A model generated the notes under the pieces. That model did not search any database and was not told where the DNA came from. It saw nothing but the letters and a program-made list of their open reading frames with translations. Of a stretch of 64,000 nucleotides of DNA, positions 1 to 8,942 are shown piece after piece. This DNA comes from Candidatus Omnitrophota bacterium. GTDB taxonomy: Bacteria; Omnitrophota; Gorgyraeia; Zapsychrales; Zapsychraceae. The position numbers and the translations under genes are program-made. Position 1 is the first letter of the stretch. Every line of letters begins with the position of its first letter. The DNA lies in assembly GCA_015233115.1 (NCBI GenBank), contig JADFYJ010000002.1, forward strand, positions 38,016-102,015. The letters are read 5' to 3'.

Positions 1-611
1 TCCGTTGCCATAACCCGATTCAAATTTCCCAATGAATCAATATTGACATAAATCACATTTTTTTTGGTTTCAAAATGAATCTGCTTAGCCAAAGCATGCG
101 CGTATGTGGAACTGCCAGTTTTTCTAACCGGGCTGTACACGGAAATAATCTTGCTCTCAAACGCAGCAGCGTGCCCTTTGACTCTTCGTCGTAAACGCCG
201 GGACAATGCTTCGGAAAATTCAACGCCGAGCTTGGGTATAGTTTTTAAAACCTGTTGAAATTCATCTTTAGGAATCTGCAAAATAACGGAATCATTAATT
301 GCTTCAAATGTCATCGAATGCGTCTTACCGGTTAAAGCGGAGATAATCCCGAAATACATGCCGCGGTGGATAAAATCGACATTTTCTTTTCGCCCGTCAT
401 CCGCCGTAACATAAGCACGGATCCGTCCAGAGACGACACAATAAAAATTATCCGCAGGATTACCTTCCTGCCGGATCAAATCGCCCTTCCGATATTCTAC
501 GACATAGGATTTTCTAGCAATTTTATGCAGTTCCAGCCAATTAAGACTCGCAAAAACCGGAAGCTGACGCACAATATTAAACTGGCTGAAAAACGCGTTA
601 AATCCTTCCAT
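1..611 (-). CDS. cyclic-nucleotide-binding domain protein with downstream P-loop-like region (partial, runs off window start)
   Basis: Minus-strand translation from ATG (revcomp of 609-611) gives MEGFNAFFSQ...YRKGDLIRQEGNPADNFYCVVSGRIRAY, a cNMP-binding beta-barrel signature. It continues into ISVYSPVRKTGSSTYAHALA, a deviant Walker-A-like segment. No stop occurs before position 1. It is absent from the ORF track because it is truncated. The start overlaps the stop of the upstream gene (TAATG). Confidence 0.5.
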   Translation of the reverse strand, partial: MEGFNAFFSQFNIVRQLPVFASLNWLELHKIARKSYVVEYRKGDLIRQEGNPADNFYCVVSGRIRAYVTADDGRKENVDFIHRGMYFGIISALTGKTHSMTFEAINDSVILQIPKDEFQQVLKTIPKLGVEFSEALSRRLRRRVKGHAAAFESKIISVYSPVRKTGSSTYAHALAKQIHFETKKNVIYVNIDSLGNLNRVMAT

Positions 612-1687
612 TAATGACCTCCAAATTTTAGATTGACCAATGTTTCGATATGTTTGGTCCTTGGAAAAAAATCAAAGGGGATTACTTTTTGAATCTGCCA
701 TCCGTGGGGCGTCAGATCATTTAAATCCCTCGCTAAAGTCTCCGGATTACAGGACAAATAAAAAATTTGATCAAATCCTGCTTCGATAAGCATTTGCCGC
801 GACTGAACACTTAAACCTCCACGGGGAGGATCTATCATGGCCACTTTAACCTGACCGGTATATTTTTTCAGCGCGGCGGACAAATGTTTTTCCACCCGTC
901 CTTCTATCACTTCACAATTGGTCAGATGATGATAATCTACATTATATCGTGCTACCTGAATTGAAGCGACACACTCTTCAATTAAAATCGCCTGATCAAC
1001 TAAGTCTGCCACACACAAGGTAAAAAAACCAACCCCGCCATAAAGATCAAAAAATACCGGTTTTTTAACCCAGACCTCAAAGGAACGCAGGACCTCAAAC
1101 AAACGCGGCAAAATAGAAGTGTTAGGTTGAAAAAACGTGTCTAAAGAATAAAATATCCGGCAACCATTAATTTCGGTCCAAAAATAATTTTCCGGTTTAA
1201 GACGGGTTGACAACTTACCTATGCCGCCCCACAACACCTTCCCCTCATCGCCAGCCCGCACGCTTAAATTCGCCATACGGTATTTAGGTGGTAATTTTGG
1301 TATAGCCTCTTTTTTCAAGCTGGAAAGAAATTGTGAAACAGGCTCCACCGCAATAGGGCATTGTGTCACTTCGACCACGCCCCGGCCTTCTACTGGAGTA
1401 AAACCGACTTCAATGTTTCCAGTCGATTTATATTTTTTTAATTGCAGATTTAAACGGTTTCGATAATGATAAATTTGCGGAGATGGTTCAATGGGCGAGA
1501 TTAATTGAGGATCAACCAGTCCCTTGGCGCACAGTAATTCACGAATTTTTCCATCTTTGATCTTCAATTCTTCTTCATATGAAATATCCTGATAACAACA
1601 TCCGCCGCAGTTGCCGAAAGCGGGACATAGGGGAATCGCCTTGATATCAGCCATGTCGATTTTATCTCGTAATTTTAAACGATTCAA
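611..1687 (-). CDS. 23S rRNA (uracil-5)-methyltransferase, RumA/RlmD (TrmA) family
   Basis: N-terminal Fe-S cysteine cluster CPAFGNCGGCC. SAM-MTase motifs DLYGGVGFF and IDPPRGG. C-terminal catalytic region SCNPETL. The true start is probably M of MADIKAI (~1654), which removes the overlap with the upstream ORF. Confidence 0.75.
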   Translation of the reverse strand: MNRLKLRDKIDMADIKAIPLCPAFGNCGGCCYQDISYEEELKIKDGKIRELLCAKGLVDPQLISPIEPSPQIYHYRNRLNLQLKKYKSTGNIEVGFTPVEGRGVVEVTQCPIAVEPVSQFLSSLKKEAIPKLPPKYRMANLSVRAGDEGKVLWGGIGKLSTRLKPENYFWTEINGCRIFYSLDTFFQPNTSILPRLFEVLRSFEVWVKKPVFFDLYGGVGFFTLCVADLVDQAILIEECVASIQVARYNVDYHHLTNCEVIEGRVEKHLSAALKKYTGQVKVAMIDPPRGGLSVQSRQMLIEAGFDQIFYLSCNPETLARDLNDLTPHGWQIQKVIPFDFFPRTKHIETLVNLKFGGH

Positions 1688-2255
1688 TCATCCGGTCATA
1701 TGAATCTGAATACAAATCAAACGTTGACACATTCCCTGCGCAAGTAAATTGATAACCTTTATTATTCACAATTGTCCAAATATGCTTCATCTTAAGGTTT
1801 CCTTTACCAGGAAATTTGACAATATAAGAAAATAAATACGCGGGTTGGCCTGATAATTGAGTAGGTTTTGATTCAATGACATCGATATTGTCTTTAAAAA
1901 CAACCCGTACCTGATTGATTGCCGTATCCGTATACTGATCTAATTGTTTGGGTGATTTTTCTAAATTATCAACCACAATATTAACTGATTCGGGAATAGG
2001 TAATGGCTTAGATCTCAAATTTTTAATCTTAGCTATAAACTGTGAACTCACACCAGGGACTGGGGGTGAAACAAGCCAATCCTCCGGATATATCAGGCTA
2101 TAATGATCTTTATCGCTTTTATAAATTTGGTACCCTTCAGGCGCGGTTTGAGTATTTCCCTTAAATAAAAAAAATCCAACAATGATAACAACAACCAGCC
2201 CTACTCCCAGCAAAATAAAAGTCAATTGATCTTTCTTTCTCATGTTATCCTCCAA
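1662..2255 (-). CDS. hypothetical membrane-anchored protein
   Basis: Single N-terminal TM helix (LTFILLGVGLVVVIIVGFFLF) followed by a ~165-aa soluble domain. No motif recognised. Confidence 0.4.
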   Translation of the reverse strand: MEDNMRKKDQLTFILLGVGLVVVIIVGFFLFKGNTQTAPEGYQIYKSDKDHYSLIYPEDWLVSPPVPGVSSQFIAKIKNLRSKPLPIPESVNIVVDNLEKSPKQLDQYTDTAINQVRVVFKDNIDVIESKPTQLSGQPAYLFSYIVKFPGKGNLKMKHIWTIVNNKGYQFTCAGNVSTFDLYSDSYDRMIESFKITR

Positions 2256-3022
2256 AATACCGCGTCGCCATCATGTTCAAAATTTTTGGGCGCGGTTAAT
2301 TTTTGAGCCGCGTCTTTATCTAAAAAATAATTGATTTTCCCCAGCCGAGGATGAACGCGTCCGGCAGGGACATCAATGTGGTCTTCGAGCATTTTCTTTA
2401 CAATATCTGCTTTCTGCCTTCCTGTTACCAAAAAACCAACTTGACTGGCGCTATTAATCGCAGAAAAAGTTAAAGAAATCCTTTTATGCTTGACCCGTGG
2501 ATCCTCAACGGCGCAAACCAAATCTTTTTTAATTTCATCCGGCAGATAATCAGGAAATAATGATGCGGTATGCCCGTCTTCTCCCAAGCCCAAAATGACC
2601 AAATCAAAATAGGGAGCAACACCTATTTTCTGAAAAAATTCCATCATATGCTTCTGAGATAAAGCCGCAGCTTGTAAAACATCTTTAGCTTCTGTAACAA
2701 AAGGATGAACATTCCCCTGAGGAATTGATAAAAAATCTAATAAACATTCCTTCTGTATCCGGTAATTGCTTTCTGAACTGTCTGGTGTAACAAACCGTTC
2801 ATCGGTCTGAAAAACCTGCACCCGGTTCCACAAATCCATATCACCAACACCGGCTAATTTCGAAAAAAACTCAATAGGGGTTTTACCGCCGGGCAAGGCC
2901 ACCATAAAACAGCCGCGGGCTTGAATAGCTTCTTCAGCCGCTTTAAGCCATAATTTCAGAAGATGATTGGTCAGCTTATGAGTATTATCAAAAATGAATA
3001 ATTCTTGAATGGGAAATGGCAT
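2240..3022 (-). CDS. pgl: 6-phosphogluconolactonase (NagB/6PGL family)
   Basis: ILGLGEDGHTASLFP motif, characteristic of 6PGL and glucosamine-6-P deaminase. Lies next to transketolase (pentose-phosphate context). Confidence 0.65.
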   Translation of the reverse strand: MPFPIQELFIFDNTHKLTNHLLKLWLKAAEEAIQARGCFMVALPGGKTPIEFFSKLAGVGDMDLWNRVQVFQTDERFVTPDSSESNYRIQKECLLDFLSIPQGNVHPFVTEAKDVLQAAALSQKHMMEFFQKIGVAPYFDLVILGLGEDGHTASLFPDYLPDEIKKDLVCAVEDPRVKHKRISLTFSAINSASQVGFLVTGRQKADIVKKMLEDHIDVPAGRVHPRLGKINYFLDKDAAQKLTAPKNFEHDGDAVFWRIT

Positions 3023-3035
3023 TCTTAATCTTGTC

Positions 3036-3117
3036 GTAGGGGCGATCTCCCGATCGCCCGCATAAAAATTATTAAAATTTTATATTTAATCGGACAGGTC
3101 GGGGACCAGTCCCTACG
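3036..3117. repeat. degenerate copy of GC-rich palindromic MITE-like element (family A)
   Basis: gtaggggcgatctcccgatcgcccgc, then an AT-rich spacer, then gtcggggaccagtccctacg. The left TIR is identical to those of the elements at ~4098 and ~38326. Confidence 0.55.
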
Positions 3118-3131
3118 CAAATCAATAAACA

Positions 3132-4073
3132 TTATTTTAATTTTCTCAAAACCGCTTTTTTTGCTGTATCGGCGATATTAACCGCTCTCAAGCCATATTT
3201 CGCCAACAATTCATCCGGCGAACCGGTTTCTCCGAAGGAATCATGGACCGCCACCATTTCCATTGGCACCGGATAATTTTGAACCACAACTTCAGCGACA
3301 GCGCTTCCTAAGCCGCCGGCCATCTGATGTTCTTCGCTGGTCACAATCGCGCCGGTTTCTTTGGCGGATTTGATAATTAAATCTTTATCAATAGGTTTGA
3401 TCGTATGCATATTAATCACTTTAGCCTGAATGCCTTGCTTGGCTAAAATTTCAGCAGCTTCCAAAGACTCGGAAACCATGAGCCCGCTTCCGATTAAAGT
3501 CACATCTTTCCCTTCGCGCATGACAATGCCTTTACCAATTTCGAAAGGTGTTTTTTCGTCTGTCAAAACCGGCACAGCATTGCGGCTTAGCCGTAAATAA
3601 AACGGTCCAAACTGTTCTGAAATAGCTTTGGTCGCTTTAGCTGCCTCGACAGTATCCACCGGACAAATGACCCGCATGTTCGGCAGGACGCGCATTAAGG
3701 CGAGATCTTCTAATGATTGGGCTGATGCCCCGTCTTCACCCACAGTCAACCCTGCATGCGTGCAAATAACCTTGACGTTTGTGTTGTTGTAACACACGTC
3801 CATGCGTAACATATCATACGCACGGTTAGTCATGAAAACAGCGAATGAATTAATGAATACTGTAAACCCTTGGAGAGCTAATCCAGCGGCAGTGCCGACC
3901 ATATCCTGTTCAGCGATACCAACGCTAAAAAACCGTCCAGGAAATTCTTTTTTAAAATATTCAGCGCGAGTCGCGTCTTCCAAATCCGCAGACACCATAA
4001 CAATTTTATCATTAACTTTCCCAAGCCTGACTAATTCTTCCCCAAATCCATCTCTTGTCGCAACTGGTTTCAT
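3132..4073 (-). CDS. transketolase, C-terminal subunit (pyrimidine-binding plus C-terminal domain)
   Basis: Sequence typical of the transketolase central and C-terminal domains (GIAEQDMVGTAAGLALQG, ICTHAGLTVGEDGASAQ). Split transketolase with the N-terminal subunit encoded directly upstream. Confidence 0.85.
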   Translation of the reverse strand: MKPVATRDGFGEELVRLGKVNDKIVMVSADLEDATRAEYFKKEFPGRFFSVGIAEQDMVGTAAGLALQGFTVFINSFAVFMTNRAYDMLRMDVCYNNTNVKVICTHAGLTVGEDGASAQSLEDLALMRVLPNMRVICPVDTVEAAKATKAISEQFGPFYLRLSRNAVPVLTDEKTPFEIGKGIVMREGKDVTLIGSGLMVSESLEAAEILAKQGIQAKVINMHTIKPIDKDLIIKSAKETGAIVTSEEHQMAGGLGSAVAEVVVQNYPVPMEMVAVHDSFGETGSPDELLAKYGLRAVNIADTAKKAVLRKLK

Positions 4074-4097
4074 TAATTTCTCCTGATAAAGTACTTT

Positions 4098-4227
4098 GTA
4101 GGGGCGATCTCCCGATCGCCCGCTTACAAAATATTCGCTTTTTTATTTCAATAAAACAAACAAAAAAACCTGAAATGTTAAATTTATAAATCTTTTATAG
4201 TGCGGGCGATCGGGAGATCGCCCCTAC
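4098..4227. mobile_element. MITE-like element, family A (~130 bp, 26-bp perfect terminal inverted repeats)
   Basis: gtaggggcgatctcccgatcgcccgc, then an ~80-bp AT-rich core, then gcgggcgatcgggagatcgcccctac. About 90% identical to the copy at ~38326-38468. Each TIR is itself internally palindromic. Confidence 0.7.
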
Positions 4228-4247
4228 TACAGCGTCATTATTTACTC

Positions 4248-5069
4248 TCAACTTAACTCTTTCAAAGCCGCAGCAAGTTGTTCATTATTCGGCGCTTTGC
4301 CGTGCCACGCTGATTTTAATTCCATAAATGATACGCCTTTACCTTTGATAGTATTAGCTATAATCACATAGGGTTTGCCGGCGTTTATTTTACCGAAATC
4401 CTGATATGCTTTTAAAACCTCTTCAATTTTATTTCCGTCGATTTCAGCGACCACCCATCCGAAACTTTCCCATTTGGCTTTCAAAGGTTCCAGATTCATG
4501 ATGTCATTGACCATGCCGTTTTCCTGAACCTTATTATAATCAACAATCGCGCACACATTATCGAGTTTAAACTGCGCCGCGCTCATGGCCGCTTCCCAAA
4601 CCGACCCTTCCTGAATTTCTCCGTCGCCCATCAAACAATACATTTTCTGGTCTTTTTTAAGCAATTTAGCGCCGATCGCCAAACCATTAGCCACAGCTAA
4701 ACCATGCCCTAAAGAACCCGTGTTGAATTCCACGCCCGGCGTTTTTGTGGTCACATGGCCTTGCAAAATCCCGCCTAATTTGCGGTATTTTTTATATTCA
4801 TCTTTGGAAAAATATCCCGCGTTTGCCAAAACCGAGTAAACAACCGGCGACACATGGCCTTTGGAAATAATCACCATATCGCGGCCCGGCCAGCGGGGAT
4901 TTTTCGGATCATGACGAAGCTGACAGTCATATAACGCGACTAATATTTCCACTGCGGATAAAGACCCACCCGGATGGCCTGAACCAGCCATATTCGTCAA
5001 TTCCAAAATCTCCTGACGCACTAACAGCGCCTTTTGTTTTAATGCGTTAATGTCACAACAATTTTGCAC
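4248..5069 (-). CDS. transketolase, N-terminal subunit (TPP-binding)
   Basis: GSGHPGGSLS and GDGE..EG TPP-binding motifs. 273 aa. Confidence 0.85.
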   Translation of the reverse strand: MQNCCDINALKQKALLVRQEILELTNMAGSGHPGGSLSAVEILVALYDCQLRHDPKNPRWPGRDMVIISKGHVSPVVYSVLANAGYFSKDEYKKYRKLGGILQGHVTTKTPGVEFNTGSLGHGLAVANGLAIGAKLLKKDQKMYCLMGDGEIQEGSVWEAAMSAAQFKLDNVCAIVDYNKVQENGMVNDIMNLEPLKAKWESFGWVVAEIDGNKIEEVLKAYQDFGKINAGKPYVIIANTIKGKGVSFMELKSAWHGKAPNNEQLAAALKELS

Positions 5070-5170
5070 AGTTTCACCTCATAAATATTAGGATTGATAT
5101 ACGATAAAATAGGACTTTAGGATACACCTTTTTGAAAGGAGCGTCAATGAGTTCTTATGAAAAAATTCAG

Positions 5171-5398
5171 GTCACAAGGACACAAAGTCACAAGGTCACA
5201 AATAAAAATAAAAGTACAAAATAAAAAAACGACTGGTAAGCAGTTAACACCGAAGATAACTCAAACTGGTGATAAAATTTTGTTACATGTTTGACAAGTT
5301 ATGACTTTGCGTATATTTTTTTTGGCATTATTATTCGTTTTTTCCGAATCTTTTCTATCCTTTGTGACCTTGTGACCTTGTGACTTTGTGACTTTGTC
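5171..5398. repeat. IR-flanked intergenic element, family B (TIRs are tandem gtcacaaR octamers)
   Basis: Left arm ggtcacaaggacacaaagtcacaaggtcacaa. Right arm cctttgtgaccttgtgaccttgtgactttgtgactttgtc. About 160-bp AT-rich core. The right arm supplies the stop codon of the large REC-domain gene. Confidence 0.6.
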
Positions 5399-8300
5399 TA
5401 CGCTTTACTTCCAGCCTTATCATTCATCAGTTCCGAGAAGATCGGCAGGCTGGAAGGCGCTATGGGTTTGATATCAATTATATACGGACTTAACCCGTCA
5501 ATTTTGATGCTATTGATATCCTGCATTTCCACGGGTAAAGGCACACCATTGCCATCGCGTTTAATCTGCATATTTAACATAGCCGCGTTTAAGTCGATAC
5601 CACCGACGTCGTCTCTTTTTAATTGCGCGCTATCGGATTCATTTTTCTTTTGAACAAATAAAGCGGCTATAGGATCTACCGCGGCATAAATGGCATTAAT
5701 ACCATCCAATTTAGAAACTAAGCCATCAATTTTTGCTCGCGATACCGCCAATTTAACTTCATCCGTATATGCGTTAGCACTTATAATAATTGATTTCACG
5801 GCGTCCATTCCAGGAATTTTCCGTATTGATTCAATCATTTGAACGCCAGTTTTATTTTTCATGTTATAATCCGAAAAAAGCAATTCAGGTTTAAATGCGC
5901 CATCTGATATTATTTTTTCAGCCTCTTCTGGAGAGCTGGCAAGAACAACTTCATAGCCTCTATCTTTTAAAACCATCTCATACAATTCTCTGGTAAATTG
6001 ATTATCATCCACCACCAAAACCTTCATGGCGCGATCAGCAGCACCGGCAGCAGCTAATTTAGGGCCAATAAGCCATGGTGTTTTTGGAGCAGTTGTAGCT
6101 TTAATATATTTAAATGTCATTTCAGCAATAGCCATAAAAAATTTTACGTTTGAATCAGAATCGAGATTTTTACCTTCAGGCGAATCCAAACGTTTTTGAA
6201 TATTTCCGATTGAAATATAAGAACTTCCGCCTTGCATTATTAGAGCAGCCCTAATTTGCGAATCTGTAGCATCAGCTAAGGCCACTACGTTTCCAGTCTT
6301 GGCTGCTTCCGCCGCTACCATAGGTTTTAAATACTTATTCACTTCATCAACTAATGTTTTGACAGTTTCATCCTTGATCGGTGTGAATGCACCCTTTTTC
6401 CCCAGCATAGCCTGATCTTGCTCTAATAGCCTCACAATTTCTTCCACAACCATATACCCAAACAAAGTTAAATCTTCTGTATCCTCCGGGTTTTCCCCAT
6501 AATTAAAAGTTTTGTAATTAACTATAATTTTTTCTCCCTTATCCTTCGCTTCTCGTAATCTCTTGGCTACAGCGAGTACAGCTTGTTCTTGTTTTTCTTC
6601 AGCACTATTATAATCTAAACCTGCTATATGAATTTCAAATTCTACCTGGGACTCTAATATACCGCTAATCGCTTTCGGCGAACGCATAAGCACCTTAAAT
6701 GCCTCAGCAAGTTCCCCTTCTTTCAAAGGTGCGGCTGTTAGCATAGCATTATCATTAAAAATGCCAGCTTGTATAACCGGCCTAAGCAAATCAGTCCCTT
6801 CTACATCTGTTTTTCCTTTTGCGTCAGTTACTAATCCTGATATAACATTTCGTCCATTGGCACTTAAATCAAAAAATACTTCAACTTTCGGATGCTTTAA
6901 TAGAAAATTTATAAAAGCTCTTATCTCTCTTTCATTTTCTTTGTTTGCTCCATTATTAAGGGCCGTTTGTAATTCATTAATCAATTTTTTATTATCCTGA
7001 ACGCCCGCCATATGATTGACAAAATTATGACCTTCTGTTTTCATAAATCGAACCAGTGAAGATGCCGCCTTCTTGATATCTCTTCCCGGATTCCGGCCGG
7101 TCAGCCCTTCATAAAGAAAAAAGTTCATAGCAGAAAATAAAATCAGAACCGCTAAGATCCGGGTTGTTCGGTTAAAATTAATCCCCTTATCAAGAGCACG
7201 AATTATAAAATCATCATCTTTATTTTCATTTTTCTGATAAGTCTCGTTAATGTGTTGAGCAATTGCAGTCGATAAAAGCTGGGGGGAATTTAAAATTTGC
7301 TCAAAAGTATAATATTTATTCTTATTTTGCGCATCCTTGACAAACTTCCCCTCACTTTTTTTTGATTCTTGATCAATTGCCAAACATGCTCCAATAATCA
7401 TTCCATCTAAACTAAATAGTACTGTCCTCACTACTGCGAGAGGTTCTTCACTCAATTGTTTTCTTACTGATTCCCGCACTAGCTCAGGGTCATTCGTCTT
7501 CAAAATTTCTTCCAACATGGCGCGATCTGCCTCATTAGGTATGAGGGCATTCAACTCAGTTTGTATACGCGGTTCTTCACCTGATGATTCAAACATTTTT
7601 GAATAACGAGTGATTAATTCCAATCCATTTGGTTTTTGAGAAATTCTTGACCGCTGACGATCCAAACTAATACCGACTTCATCGATCGTTCTTTTTGTTC
7701 CATATATCTCCAGCAATTCTCTCTCTCGGGCAGTTAAGCTATCTTCTCTTTTTACTAATAAAGCATTGTCCATCTTACCTATAACCCCACCTGAAAAATA
7801 TTTTCTGGGGATCACCTGCTGACTGGTTGGGTCGTATTCTTCCTTGATATAGTCGTACACGCCTTTTTTAAAGGCTTCTAAATACTGTTCATAAATTTTC
7901 TGATTGGCTTCTTTGTCCGTTAAATCCACACCTTTGACTTTGGTTTTATCCGCGTAAATTTTGCCTAAAAGGCTTTGTTTTAAAGTACGTTTATACCAAG
8001 CGGCTAAGATCATGGACTGATAGATCTGGCGCAATAAGGCGAAATGTTCTCCGGAATTAACTTCTTTTTCCAGGGCCGGAATAATGATTTCCCTCACGAC
8101 TTGAGTGGTTACTGTGCTGGACTGATCAAGTTCAGATGCCTGCATTTGATTCGCGCTAATGGCTTCATTATTTTTGTTTTTCTGCAGGGCAACATAATCT
8201 TTGTCCAACATCACTTTTAAACTGCTGTCTACAATCCAGGCCACATTGTCTTTTTCATAGACCACAGCTTTTTGCGGGACAATCCACACCTTATTAAAGG

Positions 8301-8832
8301 TATTCATCGGCAGTTCAGTCACGCCGTATTTTTGAGCAGCTTCTTTATAAACTTTTTCCCAAAATTTTTTACCTAATTCATCTTCCGGGTACATTAAAGA
8401 CGCGGTTAATTGCTTAAGAATGTAATCCTGGCTTAAAAGATCGCGGCCCATTTCTGTCTGGCCGAAATCCTGCGCAATAATGCGGTTATTTTCATAGGGC
8501 GACAAGTTGACCCATTGGTTATTTTCAGGGACAGTTAAAGAAGCCAAGAAATATTTGACTAATTTTTTATATTCATCTTCCTGTATGGAACCGGTTAAAG
8601 GCTTATCTCCGGCTTCAATAAGGAATTTCATCTGCAAAGGATTTTTGGTGTCAATTTCAATACCGCGCACTAAAGCAGGATTAAATACAGCGGATGATTT
8701 GACCATAGTTCCAGCTGGAGGCATGAACATAGCAACCTGCGCCATAGCCCGGGACTGGAAACACGAAGTCCAACCAAAGGTTATAATAAGAAAACTACAA
8801 ATAAATTTGAATAACAAAGTTTTTTTATACAT
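5398..8832 (-). CDS. large (~1144 aa) signal-peptide/TM-anchored protein with C-terminal response-regulator receiver (REC) domain
   Basis: The track ORF extends to 9015. The likely start is MYKKTLLFKF at ~8832, preceded by GGGGG. N-terminal hydrophobic segment, ~900 aa without a motif I recognise, then KVLVVDDNQFTRELYE...LLFSDYNM...SIIISAN...KIDGLVSKL (REC). Confidence 0.5.
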   Translation of the reverse strand: MYKKTLLFKFICSFLIITFGWTSCFQSRAMAQVAMFMPPAGTMVKSSAVFNPALVRGIEIDTKNPLQMKFLIEAGDKPLTGSIQEDEYKKLVKYFLASLTVPENNQWVNLSPYENNRIIAQDFGQTEMGRDLLSQDYILKQLTASLMYPEDELGKKFWEKVYKEAAQKYGVTELPMNTFNKVWIVPQKAVVYEKDNVAWIVDSSLKVMLDKDYVALQKNKNNEAISANQMQASELDQSSTVTTQVVREIIIPALEKEVNSGEHFALLRQIYQSMILAAWYKRTLKQSLLGKIYADKTKVKGVDLTDKEANQKIYEQYLEAFKKGVYDYIKEEYDPTSQQVIPRKYFSGGVIGKMDNALLVKREDSLTARERELLEIYGTKRTIDEVGISLDRQRSRISQKPNGLELITRYSKMFESSGEEPRIQTELNALIPNEADRAMLEEILKTNDPELVRESVRKQLSEEPLAVVRTVLFSLDGMIIGACLAIDQESKKSEGKFVKDAQNKNKYYTFEQILNSPQLLSTAIAQHINETYQKNENKDDDFIIRALDKGINFNRTTRILAVLILFSAMNFFLYEGLTGRNPGRDIKKAASSLVRFMKTEGHNFVNHMAGVQDNKKLINELQTALNNGANKENEREIRAFINFLLKHPKVEVFFDLSANGRNVISGLVTDAKGKTDVEGTDLLRPVIQAGIFNDNAMLTAAPLKEGELAEAFKVLMRSPKAISGILESQVEFEIHIAGLDYNSAEEKQEQAVLAVAKRLREAKDKGEKIIVNYKTFNYGENPEDTEDLTLFGYMVVEEIVRLLEQDQAMLGKKGAFTPIKDETVKTLVDEVNKYLKPMVAAEAAKTGNVVALADATDSQIRAALIMQGGSSYISIGNIQKRLDSPEGKNLDSDSNVKFFMAIAEMTFKYIKATTAPKTPWLIGPKLAAAGAADRAMKVLVVDDNQFTRELYEMVLKDRGYEVVLASSPEEAEKIISDGAFKPELLFSDYNMKNKTGVQMIESIRKIPGMDAVKSIIISANAYTDEVKLAVSRAKIDGLVSKLDGINAIYAAVDPIAALFVQKKNESDSAQLKRDDVGGIDLNAAMLNMQIKRDGNGVPLPVEMQDINSIKIDGLSPYIIDIKPIAPSSLPIFSELMNDKAGSKA

Positions 8833-8942
8833 ATTTTTGCCCCCTTCTATAATAATCGGCCTACACTGAAAATATATACTATATTTGGAGAAAAACAAGA
8901 GCTGTAGGAAGATTATAAGAAAGCGGTTACAATAAAAAGTTA

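Noticed and set aside
1221-1466. Numerous 60-120-aa plus-strand ORFs antisense to confirmed minus-strand genes (e.g. 1221-1466, 3802-4086, 6761-7000, 8507-8869, 13466-13888, 25107-25439, 27425-27727, 34205-34582, 52460-53077)
   Set aside because: They lie fully within well-supported genes on the opposite strand, lack RBS and recognisable motifs, and have biased composition typical of antisense frames.
5171-5398. Tandem short direct repeats (gtcacaaR, gtatgtR, gttactcN arrays) as possible CRISPR arrays
   Set aside because: The units are 7-9 nt with no intervening unique spacers of regular length. Arrays are 3-5 units long and occur as inverted pairs. No cas genes are present. They fit TIRs of MITE-like elements, not CRISPR.
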